27,190 bases of DNA from Bdellovibrionales bacterium (GTDB taxonomy: Bacteria > Bdellovibrionota > Bdellovibrionia > Bdellovibrionales > Bdellovibrionaceae). The position numbers and the translations under genes are program-made. The stretch is taken from the NCBI GenBank assembly GCA_031370005.1, contig JANMPT010000044.1:1-27190 (forward strand), in the 5' to 3' direction. The notes beneath the pieces were generated by a model. That model had not been told where the DNA came from. It worked only from the letters and a program-made list of their open reading frames with translations, and searched no databases. Numbering within the stretch: the stretch's first letter is position 1; the number at the start of each line of letters is the position of its first letter. Shown here piece after piece: positions 9,921 to 18,288 of this stretch.

Positions 9921-10067
9921 TCAAATAATGATCGGGGCATCCCCCACATCTGTGCCTTCAATATAAATCTTCTCTTTAAATTCAGCTGTGTAATGTTTCA
10001 TTGGAGCTCCCCTCTTAGTTTCATACCACGCCTAGTTGACGTAGTAAATGTGTCCAACGGAGAGGCA
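9921..10067 (-). mobile_element. IS3-family left-end remnant
   Basis: IR-like tgcctctccgttggacac (10067-10050), RBS gaggggag, then a 25-codon ORF at 10001-9921 beginning MKHYTAEFKEKI, which resembles the IS3 OrfA N-terminus. Confidence 0.6.
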
Positions 10068-10282
10068 CGAAAATAATTCATGTGAAATCGACTTGAGCCG
10101 CCCCCTTGCAACTATGGAAAGTTAGCGAAGATCGGCGCAGAAATTTCAAAATCCCAGATCGACTTAGTAACCACGAGTTTATATCAAAAATCTTTTGACC
10201 AACTAGAATCGGAATTTAGAGGCTGGCTTAAAAACTAATGCCTATGCCGGGTGGGATGTGCCGACATGTCTTGCTCGGTTTT

Positions 10283-10594
10283 TTAAGCAACATCCACAAC
10301 AACCTTCAACTTTAACCCTGCTTCATCAACAAGTGACTGTAATGACAACTCAACGAATCGTTCTTGAGAATGCCCAAGGGCTTTGGCGAATCGAGCTGCG
10401 CGCTCAGGACTAACAGCTTTGTTTCCTTTTTCGATATCGTTTAAATGGGATCGAGAAATTTTAAGATGTTTTGCAAATTCAGCTTGTGATGTTTCTTCGC
10501 CAAGACGAATGGCTTCGATGAGTCTGCCGAGTGTTACCGGACCGCCCGTGATCTTCTCTAAAAGCTTTCGAGTTTCACTTTTTTTAGTATTCAT
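10283..10594 (-). CDS. XRE/HigA-type antitoxin
   Basis: HTH SQAEFAKHLKISRSHLNDIEKG. The ATG at 10594 overlaps the end of the toxin's C-terminal frame. Confidence 0.85.
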   Translation of the reverse strand: MNTKKSETRKLLEKITGGPVTLGRLIEAIRLGEETSQAEFAKHLKISRSHLNDIEKGNKAVSPERAARFAKALGHSQERFVELSLQSLVDEAGLKLKVVVDVA

Positions 10595-10851
10595 GTTTAT
10601 CAATCCTTTCTACATTCACAAACTTAATCTGGCCATCAACGAGCTCTATAGCCCCGACTGAGACGAATTGACCTCAGGCCCTTAAGTTCGCCTCTCAGTG
10701 GTTCATCGTGATATCCCGAGATCTTGCGTACTTCTTCAAGTCCACGCTCCTCAACATCCTCTACCCAGTTCTGAAAGAACACCACAATGTGAATAGGGAG
10801 CTTTTTAAGCTGTTTCTTTACTAGGGGCGAGAGTTCGACGATGCTAATCAC
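10584..10851 (-). pseudogene. RelE/HigB-like mRNA interferase toxin, frameshifted near its 3' end
   Basis: GYHDEPLRGELKGLRSIRLSRGYRA stops at 10636. A plausible C-terminus, LVDGQIKFVNVERIDKHEY*, continues in another frame to the TAA at 10584. Confidence 0.75.
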
Positions 10852-10857
10852 TGTTTA

Positions 10858-10887
10858 AATGTACACCAATTGGGTGTACTAAGTCAA
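10858..10887 (-). promoter_or_regulatory. TA promoter with palindromic operator
   Basis: TTGACT (10887-10882), 18-nt spacer, TG-TACATT (10863-10858). Palindrome gtacacc-N5-ggtgtac at 10861-10879. The GTG start is 6 nt after the -10. Confidence 0.75.
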
Positions 10888-11444
10888 GCTTGAATGAGAT
10901 TTTAGATAAAGTCGAATATATTGGCTTTAGAGCTTGGCTACTTTGTTCTACTCGAACCTTAATCTCTTGAAATCACTCATTTCACGCCGAATCCACCATT
11001 CTTCGTGACTCATTAAGAGTGAAGTTTCAAAACTCATGATCCTCTTTCGACTCACCTACAATTAATCAAATCCTAGTAGATCAACAATGCCAGGGTTTTG
11101 GGGTCCCCTTATTTTATTAAAACTGGGCCGTGGGAAGTCTGTTGCAACTATCCTCATCCGTAAAAAAACTCCTGCTCGACTCCGGAAAAACTCATCAAAT
11201 AATCAAAGTAGTGGTCGGTAGTGCCGGATGAGGCAAAAACCTATCCTGAAAAAGGAGCCAACATGGGCTTTGAATGTCCTATCCCCCAGTCAAGTTTCAT
11301 CATCAAACTCCAATAGTGAAATAGAAAGTGGTGGGTCAATTAACGCGCTTCACGGAGACCGGTCAATAGGCAGTCAATCTCGCTCGCACGTTTGTCGTCC
11401 CCTATGTTTGCTTGCTGACGTTGTTGGGCCATGACGGTATCGGA

Positions 11445-11807
11445 TCAGACGCCTGATTTAATGTAAGACCATGCGTCCTCCTGCTTACGCACCACTTCAG
11501 CCACGCCAGAATCCACCGTGGTGGCGAACGCCAGCAAGTCTTCTCTTTTCAGATTCGTACGGCGCATCGTATTCTCACAGGCGGCGAAACCCACGCCCGA
11601 ATCAGCAAGTAGTTGCAGTCGTTCATGCAGCGCCTGGTTGGTCCTCAGGATCAATCCCAAGCCCTTGCCATGCGCTACGACTTCAATCTCGCTGGTCTCG
11701 CTGCCGAAGGTTTTCTGGAGGTTCTCAACATTGTTGAGTATTCCGTTCCATTGTTCCGCGCCGTCAACACTCACTTCAAAGACCACTCTGTGCTTTTGCA
11801 TTTGCAT
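11445..11807 (-). CDS. DsrE/DsrF-like family protein
   Basis: IEVVAHGKGL, FAACENTM with the conserved Cys, and SGVAEVVRKQEDAWSYIK. Confidence 0.85.
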   Translation of the reverse strand: MQMQKHRVVFEVSVDGAEQWNGILNNVENLQKTFGSETSEIEVVAHGKGLGLILRTNQALHERLQLLADSGVGFAACENTMRRTNLKREDLLAFATTVDSGVAEVVRKQEDAWSYIKSGV

Positions 11808-11955
11808 TTTTTCCTTAAATGTTAGCTGCGATCATGCTAGAAATCTCGCGGTCAGGCTGTTCTCAGTTGATGGTGGAATACTAAAATAAAAAAGCAGTTA
11901 GGTTTATAGAACCAGAGAACCAAAAGACTGAGTGGGAAGGCCATCTTTCTTCAGA

Positions 11956-12057
11956 GCTGTCACACCTTGAGGAAAGGTGTTCGCCTTCTAGCTCGTTACG
12001 ATTTATAAAATTGCAGAGAGTCTTGAAGTAGATCCCGCCGAACTCTTCAAATTGTGA
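11956..12057 (+). pseudogene. Degraded XRE-family HTH gene, C-terminal remnant
   Basis: LVTIYKIAESLEVDPAELFKL* ends at 12057. Upstream LSHLE and KGVR pieces lie in other frames and there is no intact start. The left boundary is approximate. Confidence 0.55.
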
Positions 12058-12242
12058 AGCCGCGCCCTTCTTTACAAAAATCACTCCAGAGACCATATTC
12101 ATCCAGCACGAACAACGACAAATTCTTTTCGCGGGAATTCAGTGGTCGATATATTCAGAAAACTCGATTCGGCGCTTTTGCCCATTTACAATAAATTCCA
12201 GCCGACTTTTAAACGAAGTTCGTTTTGGTCGCGCTCTTCACG

Positions 12243-12299
12243 CCGAATTTGATCGCAATGGGAGCAAGACTACGAGCTGTTACAAGTGCGGTCTTCATA
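12243..12299 (-). repeat. Diverged 57-bp copy of the RND pump gene's C-terminal TM region
   Basis: 50/57 identical to 13321-13377 (MMTALVTALGLAPIAIKFG versus MKTALVTARSLAPIAIKFG). Confidence 0.85.
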
Positions 12300-12334
12300 T
12301 TGGCATTAACGATCTTTCACATCAAGGATTCCGA

Positions 12335-13204
12335 CTAAAACGAAAGCGTCACATTGAATTGTGCGCCGTGAAAATCTTCACTGGGAAGGACCAGCCAATC
12401 TGTATGCACATGAGAATCAACGACTGATGTCTCCTTTTGCTGGCTCCTATAGTAGATTCCAGCCCCATACGCGATCCCGACAGCTGCTCCTGCCACAACG
12501 TCCTGGAGTCTGTGCATATTGTCATTCACTCTCTCCACGCCGACCAGTGTTGCCATCAGAAGGGCTGGTGTTCCCCAAGTCCAACCGTGCTCGAATGCAA
12601 CGACACTCGCAAATGCAAAAACCGTCGTCGTGTGCCCAGAGGGAAAAGCATCCTTTCGATTTGGATTGTTTGGCCGCGATTCTCGTATTGTGTGTTTTAG
12701 AACAGTAGTCGCTCCCGCTGAATAGAGTGATGCTCTCAGCATCACCGACGACCGGCGGATTGATTCTTTATTTTCAGAAACTTTCCCATGAGCGAACATG
12801 CCAAGCATGTAGGCTGCATTGGGTACAAGCTGTCCCATGAGATCAATGGACTCGTTAAATTTTCCAAGAGGTTTATCGTTCGTAAATTCGCTCTGGGTCG
12901 AACGAATGAGGTCACGACTCAAAACAATGGTAAGAGTTGCGGCGGCTCCAATCACAGTGTACGGATACGCATTTTTCGAGACCGGCGACGTGAGGTCTCC
13001 TCCAACATTCCCAAGAAACGATTCATCTTTGTTGTCTGATTGAGCGTAGAGCCTTCCAGGAAGAGCAATAGCGAAGAACGTGAGCCCTAATATTGAAAGA
13101 CATTTAGGATGAGAAAAAAGACGAGCTAGTCTTACGAACAAAATATTTACTGACTCCTTCTTTAGCGCATCACCAGCGTTATGAAATTTCCTCCGCCTTT
13201 TCAA
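12335..13204 (-). CDS. PAP2-family phosphatase, membrane-bound or exported; the true start may lie further downstream
   Basis: KHTIRESRP, FPSGH and ERVNDNMHRLQD correspond to PAP2 motifs C1-C3. It overlaps the pump's 3' end. Confidence 0.85.
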   Translation of the reverse strand: MKRRRKFHNAGDALKKESVNILFVRLARLFSHPKCLSILGLTFFAIALPGRLYAQSDNKDESFLGNVGGDLTSPVSKNAYPYTVIGAAATLTIVLSRDLIRSTQSEFTNDKPLGKFNESIDLMGQLVPNAAYMLGMFAHGKVSENKESIRRSSVMLRASLYSAGATTVLKHTIRESRPNNPNRKDAFPSGHTTTVFAFASVVAFEHGWTWGTPALLMATLVGVERVNDNMHRLQDVVAGAAVGIAYGAGIYYRSQQKETSVVDSHVHTDWLVLPSEDFHGAQFNVTLSF

Positions 13205-16200
13205 ATCTTCCGAACTTTAGAGCTAACGTCGGAAGCACAAGTAGGTTCAAGACCGTTGAAGTCAGAAGGCCGCCTAGGATAACAATCGCCATTGGTCCTT
13301 CGATCTCGTGTCCAGGTTCACCAAATTTGATCGCAATGGGAGCAAGGCCAAGAGCAGTCACAAGTGCGGTCATCATAACTGGAGAGAAGCGGTCAATAGA
13401 GCCCTCTAAAGCAGTTCGATGATTCCATTCATGCCCTTCAGCTCGGACCAAATGCTCAAAGTGCGAGATCATCATGATAGAATTTCGAGTTGAGATTCCA
13501 AAGAGAGTGACGAATCCAACAAGAGCGCCGAGTGAGAGCCAGCCGCCGGTTAAGAACACGGCAATGACTCCACCAACGAGCGCAAATGGAAGATTTGCCA
13601 TGACGAGAATCAGATTTCTTCGATTGCTCATCGCAAAAGAAAGAATCGTGAGCACGCCGACAAGTGCCAATAGTCCATAAATCAAAAGCTCTCGCTGCGC
13701 CGTTTGCTGAGCTTCAAAGGCTCCAGAGATCACGGGGTATGTGCCTTGCGGAAATTGGATTTCTCTATTTATTTTTTCCCTTAACTCCTTCACGAAGGAA
13801 ACAAGGTCTCGCCCTCGGACGTTGCACGTCACAGCCAACCTTCGTTGCGCGCCGTCTCGAAAAACGGCAGTTCTCGATTCAATCAGGCGAATATCGGCGA
13901 TATTCTTAAGCGGCACCATGCCTTCGCGGAGCGTGATTTCACCGATCTTTCGCAAATCGCGTCTTGCGGTTTCATTTAAGACAACCACAATGTCCACAAC
14001 CTGAGAGCCAAGATAACTTTGCGCGACCGATGCACCTTGGTATGCACTCCGAATAGTTTCAAGAACGTCCGTGGCAAAGAGCCCATATTGCGCGAGCTTT
14101 TCGGGATTAAGATGAATGTCGATTTGCGGAGCCGAAGGAGGGGTGTCGATTTGAACATCCGAGGCTCCTTCAATTTTTTCGACGAGCCGCCTAACCTCAT
14201 CCGCCTTTTGATCAATGACCTTTAGATCCTGGCCGAAAACCTTGATGGAGACTTGCGCTGTCTGGCCGGAGATCGTCTCCTCGATTCTTTCCGTAAGAAA
14301 TGGCTTAATCGCAAAGTAGACTCCAGGGAACTTGAGAAGAGCGTCTCTGATTTCAAACTGCGCGCCCTCTGCCTCTTCTCCCTCTAGGGGCTCAAGGTCC
14401 ACGTGCATTTCGCTGTAGTGAGTACCCCAAGTGTCGTCGCCTTGTTCGGCGCGACCCACTTGCTGAGAGACCGAACGAATGTGCTTGTTCTTCAAAAGCT
14501 CCTTCGTCACTTCTTTGCCGATCCTTACGGACTCGGCAATGGAAGTGCCCGGAATAGCGGACATATGAACGATGAAGTGACCCTCACGAAATTCCGGTAA
14601 AAAAGTGCCACCAAAGAACGGAACAGCGGCGACTGCGACCAGACAAAGGGTCCCGCAAGTAATCATCACGCCTTTTGGCGCCTGCATGAAAAACTCTAAG
14701 AGCGCTCGGTAGCCGCTCTTTACTTTACGAATGAATGCAGGCTCACTTTCATTGAGCTTCCCTCGACCCAGCAAAACAAGACTCAGCGCCGGCGTTACCG
14801 TGAGGGCTACGACGAGGGAGGCAAGAATGGCGAAAATATAAGAAACCGCAAGTGGGGAAAAAAGTTTTCCCTGAATGCCGGTCATCGCAAGAACTGGCAG
14901 AAACACTATGGCGACAATAAAGGTCGCGTAAACAACAGCACTTCGCACTTCAATGGATGCGTCATAGACGACCTGGAAAATAGAGCGTGGCTTCGCAAGA
15001 AGTCGGTTTTGTTTAAGACGCCGGAAAATATTCTCCACGTCAATGATGGCGTCATCGACGACCGCTCCAATCGCAATCGCAAATCCGCCAAGACTAATCG
15101 TGTTGAGCGAAAGTCCAAGCCGATCCATGATGATGATCGCAATCAACAGCGAAAGTGGAATAGCCGAAAGGGAAATAAATACGGTCTTTGGATTATAGAG
15201 AAACACCGCTAAAATAATCGCGACGAGAAGGGCTCCCAAATAGAGTGATGAGCGTATGTTTCCAAGAGCTGATTCAATAAAGTTTGCCGGACGAAACAGC
15301 GTGCTTGTTTCAATCTCCTGGCTTTTAAATAACGGAGCTAACTCACCAAGAGACTTTTCCAGCGCCGCAGTTACCTCTAAGGTGTTCGAGGCATATTGCG
15401 AGGAGATTGCCAGGATGACTCCTGATTTCCCCATAATCTGAGCATCGCCGAGCGGAGGCTCCGGACCTTCCACGACCGTCGCCACATCTTTAATTTTTAG
15501 TGGTCCACGATCAGCCCAAAAAAGCATGGAATTTCCAAGCTCGTCTGCGGACTGAATCTGGGCGTCGGTGTGAAGAGGAATTCGTTGATTTGAATTGTCG
15601 ATAAAGCCGGAGCCAGCAACCCCTGTTGCCTTTGATACGCCTAAGATCAACTTCTCAAGACTGATGTTCCACTGTTTTAGGTGACCCGCATCGACTTGAA
15701 CCTGAAACTGACGAACCTGGCCGCCGAAGACCGAGATTTTTGCGACACCTGGAACGGAGAGTAGCCTTGGTTTGAGAGTCCAATCCGCAAAGGAGCGCAG
15801 TTCCATGGGAGAGAGTTTATCGCTTGTGAGACCAATCGAAAAAACAAGGCTTGTCGATGTGGTAAGAGGAGCAAGGGTCGGCGTGTGTACTCCCTTAGGA
15901 AGCGATTGGGTCGCCTCGTTGATTCGCTCAGAGACAACTTGCCTTGCGCGATAAATGTCCATGTCCTCTCGAAACGTCATTACGATAACGGAGAGGCCTT
16001 GAATGGACTGAGACCTGAGAGACGAGAGTCCTGGAGCGCCATTCATGACATTTTCAACAGGTCTCGTGACAAGCGTTTCAACCTCTTCAGCGGAGAGTCC
16101 CGGGGATTCCGTCTGAATCGTCACGAGCGGAGGAGCGAACTCAGGAAATACGTCGTACTTCGTATGAAAAACTGTCCAAACGCCAAACGCTAGAAGGGCT

Positions 16201-16262
16201 ACGCTAAAGGAGAGGACTACGCCTTTGAACTTAAGAGAGAAATGGACAATTGCATTTAGCAC
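13179..16262 (-). CDS. CusA/CzcA-family heavy-metal RND efflux permease
   Basis: 1027 aa; DVFPEFAPP, GAVVDDAIIDVENI, GFVTLFGISTRN and PMAIVILGGL; GTG start coupled to the upstream stop. Confidence 0.95.
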   Translation of the reverse strand: MLNAIVHFSLKFKGVVLSFSVALLAFGVWTVFHTKYDVFPEFAPPLVTIQTESPGLSAEEVETLVTRPVENVMNGAPGLSSLRSQSIQGLSVIVMTFREDMDIYRARQVVSERINEATQSLPKGVHTPTLAPLTTSTSLVFSIGLTSDKLSPMELRSFADWTLKPRLLSVPGVAKISVFGGQVRQFQVQVDAGHLKQWNISLEKLILGVSKATGVAGSGFIDNSNQRIPLHTDAQIQSADELGNSMLFWADRGPLKIKDVATVVEGPEPPLGDAQIMGKSGVILAISSQYASNTLEVTAALEKSLGELAPLFKSQEIETSTLFRPANFIESALGNIRSSLYLGALLVAIILAVFLYNPKTVFISLSAIPLSLLIAIIIMDRLGLSLNTISLGGFAIAIGAVVDDAIIDVENIFRRLKQNRLLAKPRSIFQVVYDASIEVRSAVVYATFIVAIVFLPVLAMTGIQGKLFSPLAVSYIFAILASLVVALTVTPALSLVLLGRGKLNESEPAFIRKVKSGYRALLEFFMQAPKGVMITCGTLCLVAVAAVPFFGGTFLPEFREGHFIVHMSAIPGTSIAESVRIGKEVTKELLKNKHIRSVSQQVGRAEQGDDTWGTHYSEMHVDLEPLEGEEAEGAQFEIRDALLKFPGVYFAIKPFLTERIEETISGQTAQVSIKVFGQDLKVIDQKADEVRRLVEKIEGASDVQIDTPPSAPQIDIHLNPEKLAQYGLFATDVLETIRSAYQGASVAQSYLGSQVVDIVVVLNETARRDLRKIGEITLREGMVPLKNIADIRLIESRTAVFRDGAQRRLAVTCNVRGRDLVSFVKELREKINREIQFPQGTYPVISGAFEAQQTAQRELLIYGLLALVGVLTILSFAMSNRRNLILVMANLPFALVGGVIAVFLTGGWLSLGALVGFVTLFGISTRNSIMMISHFEHLVRAEGHEWNHRTALEGSIDRFSPVMMTALVTALGLAPIAIKFGEPGHEIEGPMAIVILGGLLTSTVLNLLVLPTLALKFGRFEKAEEIS

Positions 16263-16690
16263 TACTTACTTCCTCCACCCTCTTCACCAATTCGAATGAT
16301 GCCCTTTCTTTCTTCCGAAAGAAGCATCTGGGCGCCGCGAACGACGACCTTTTCTTGAGATACGGGGCAACTTGGAGATGGGCAGCGTTTTTTCTGAAAG
16401 ACGCCTGGACGAATTTCTGCAAAATACCACGCATTTCCATCGGCGGTGACGATGGCATCTGTCCCTAGGGGGCCGGTTACGTTCTCTGCACTTACACCTG
16501 AGAGCTGAAGCGTCCCAGAATCAAACTCAATTACGAACGACCCGTTAGGCTCCTTCTTCGCTCTCGGCGCTGTCTGAACTGGCTTTTCCCGCTCACGCTC
16601 TTTTTGCATTTCCTTGCGTCCCTCAAAAAAAGCCCAAATGCTAAGACTTAAGAAAACTGGAATAAAAATAAACGCGATAAGTTTTTTCAC
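16262..16690 (-). CDS. Minimal RND periplasmic-adaptor-like protein (anchor plus membrane-proximal part only)
   Basis: Lies between TolC and the pump. N-terminal TM anchor; DAIVTADGNAWYF...GVFQKK and VVVRGAQMLLSEE resemble adaptor C-termini. Only 142 aa. Confidence 0.65.
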   Translation of the reverse strand: MKKLIAFIFIPVFLSLSIWAFFEGRKEMQKEREREKPVQTAPRAKKEPNGSFVIEFDSGTLQLSGVSAENVTGPLGTDAIVTADGNAWYFAEIRPGVFQKKRCPSPSCPVSQEKVVVRGAQMLLSEERKGIIRIGEEGGGSK

Positions 16691-17913
16691 TCCATCACCC
16701 CAAGAAGTTCATAGAGATCAAGTTCGGCGGAAAAGAGATCAAGATCCAGATCGACAAGTTTCTCCTGATCCGCGAACACGGCATCGACCGCGAGTTGAAG
16801 CTGCTTCCAGTCGATCCGCCCGCGTTCAAAGAGCGCTCTCGATTGCTTCAGGGTAGATTCAGAGATCGTGCGAATAATCCTCTTTCGCCCCTCGACTTGG
16901 TGCCTTAAATTCTGAATTTTCGAGCGATAAAGAACCTCTGTGAGCGGCGCGACCTGTTTTTGATAGTCAAATCTCATTTCATTTGCTTGGGCGAGGTTTG
17001 CTGCTGCCCCAATTTGCTTTGACTGACGAAACGGATACCAAAGCGGGATTGTAAGCCCCAGCGTTACGTCATAGGCCTTCTCATTCTTCCGGGTAAGGTT
17101 GAGAGCAAAATCGGGCCAAACGGATTGCCGTCGAAGGCTTGTGTCAGCAAGGGTTCTATCGAGATCAAGCGAGAAGGCGCGAAGCGTGAGATTAGATGCT
17201 TGGCTCGTTCTCACACGAAAGTAAGAGCGTGGAAGAATAGAGTTCGGTGGCTCAGATGTTCCAATCTTGGTTTCGGGAAATTTCGCTTCAATTTCCGAAA
17301 CTTTTTGCGCTTGATCTATTCCGAGCTGATCTATCTGCAACTGCGTGAGTTCAATTTCTCGCTCGATCAGGTTGTCATCAACGGGAACTCCAAGACCAGA
17401 GCGCACATTTCGCGACGTTATTTTTTTTGCGTCGCTTAATGTAGCTATCTTTTGCCGAGCTATGTTCGCTTTTTGAGAGCTACTTAAGAGCCGTGAATAA
17501 AGAAGTGCGGTTTCCTTTTCGAGCTGCCTCCGCCTCTTCTCAAATTCGACTCTCGTTCGCTCAGCCTCAATTTCAGCGAGTCTAGTGAGACTATGACTCT
17601 TACCCGGCCAACTGAAGTTTTGCGTAATTCCGAATTCAGTTTGAACGCTGGGACCGCCCCCTAAAGGGGCATCTGCCCCGGTGCGGGCTACCGAAAGACT
17701 TGTATCTCCGAGCCAGAAGGATTCTTCACCCCTCAAATGGGATGCTTCAATTTCCTTCTGATAGGCGCGTAGTTCCGGGTGCTGATCGAGATTCTTTTCA
17801 AGTAGCTGTTCAAAACTCGTAACGGGCCTGAGCTTTGAGTCAGACGGCTCGGCTTGTACCGCTATTCCGGTCGCGAAAAGACATAGACATAAAGGGAGAA
17901 TTTCTATCCGCAT
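16687..17913 (-). CDS. TolC/CzcC-family outer-membrane efflux protein
   Basis: Signal peptide, HPEL, GITQNFSWPGK, WPDFAL, LGLTIPLW and coiled-coil pattern; first gene of the RND operon. Confidence 0.88.
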   Translation of the reverse strand: MRIEILPLCLCLFATGIAVQAEPSDSKLRPVTSFEQLLEKNLDQHPELRAYQKEIEASHLRGEESFWLGDTSLSVARTGADAPLGGGPSVQTEFGITQNFSWPGKSHSLTRLAEIEAERTRVEFEKRRRQLEKETALLYSRLLSSSQKANIARQKIATLSDAKKITSRNVRSGLGVPVDDNLIEREIELTQLQIDQLGIDQAQKVSEIEAKFPETKIGTSEPPNSILPRSYFRVRTSQASNLTLRAFSLDLDRTLADTSLRRQSVWPDFALNLTRKNEKAYDVTLGLTIPLWYPFRQSKQIGAAANLAQANEMRFDYQKQVAPLTEVLYRSKIQNLRHQVEGRKRIIRTISESTLKQSRALFERGRIDWKQLQLAVDAVFADQEKLVDLDLDLFSAELDLYELLGVME

Positions 17914-17958
17914 TTAATATGACTCGCACCTAGTTAACCCGTTGAAAAGACAAAGTTC

Positions 17959-18015
17959 ATCTTACGTTCCGCGTGATGACAGAAGGATGACCCCAAGATG
18001 ACAGATTCGTAATCT
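17959..18015 (-). promoter_or_regulatory. CusR/CzcR-type tandem box and -10 upstream of tolC
   Basis: On the + strand: atgacagaaggatga-N7-atgacagattcgtaatct (17976-18015). On the - strand, TAAGAT lies 11 nt downstream. Confidence 0.7.
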
Positions 18016-18033
18016 TGATCAGTAGAATAGGCT

Positions 18034-18207
18034 CTACGGGCGATCTCCTCTGGCTCCGTGCGCATAGCTTGGCTCACGAATTCGCTCAGAGCGACATGAC
18101 TCTGTTTTCCTGGCTGAAGTATCATTGCAATATGGAGACGCCTTTTCTTGAGACGCGCATCCAGCAATACCTATTACGAGTAGCAGGACAAAACTCAATT
18201 TCTTCAT
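18034..18207 (-). CDS. Small lipoprotein, 57 aa, absent from the ORF track
   Basis: MKKLSFVLLLVIGIAG-CASQEKASPYCNDTSARKTESCRSERIREPSYAHGARGDRP*. Lipobox IAGC, RBS agggaga, and its own regulator-box promoter. Confidence 0.8.
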   Translation of the reverse strand: MKKLSFVLLLVIGIAGCASQEKASPYCNDTSARKTESCRSERIREPSYAHGARGDRP

Positions 18208-18231
18208 CGCAGTGTCTCCCTGTTTAGATCA

Positions 18232-18288
18232 AGACTACTTGATCCAGAATGACAAACGGATGAAGCTGAAATGACATTTCCGCAATCT
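18232..18288 (-). promoter_or_regulatory. Second CusR/CzcR-type tandem box and -10, upstream of the lipoprotein
   Basis: On the + strand: atgacaaacggatga-N7-atgacatttccgcaatct (18249-18288). On the - strand, TAGTCT lies 11 nt downstream. Geometry is identical to the tolC promoter. Confidence 0.7.

Noticed and set aside
10085..10238. Possible gene C-terminal remnant (...YQKSFDQLESEFRGWLKN*) beside the IS3 stub
   Set aside because: It has no start codon and I cannot assign it to a family without a search.
10948..11037. 29-codon ORF MSFETSLLMSHEEWWIRREMSDFKRLRFE on the minus strand
   Set aside because: The RBS-like agagga is too close to the ATG and there is no other support.
12243..13377. Diversity-generating retroelement TR/VR pair suggested by the 57-bp near-repeat
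   Set aside because: Only 4 of 7 mismatches are at adenines of one copy, the repeat is short and in a TM helix, and no reverse transcriptase is in the window.
17934..18227. Track ORFs 17934..18167 (-) and 18015..18227 (+)
   Set aside because: They overlap the regulator boxes or the better-supported lipoprotein frame and lack a clear RBS or motifs.
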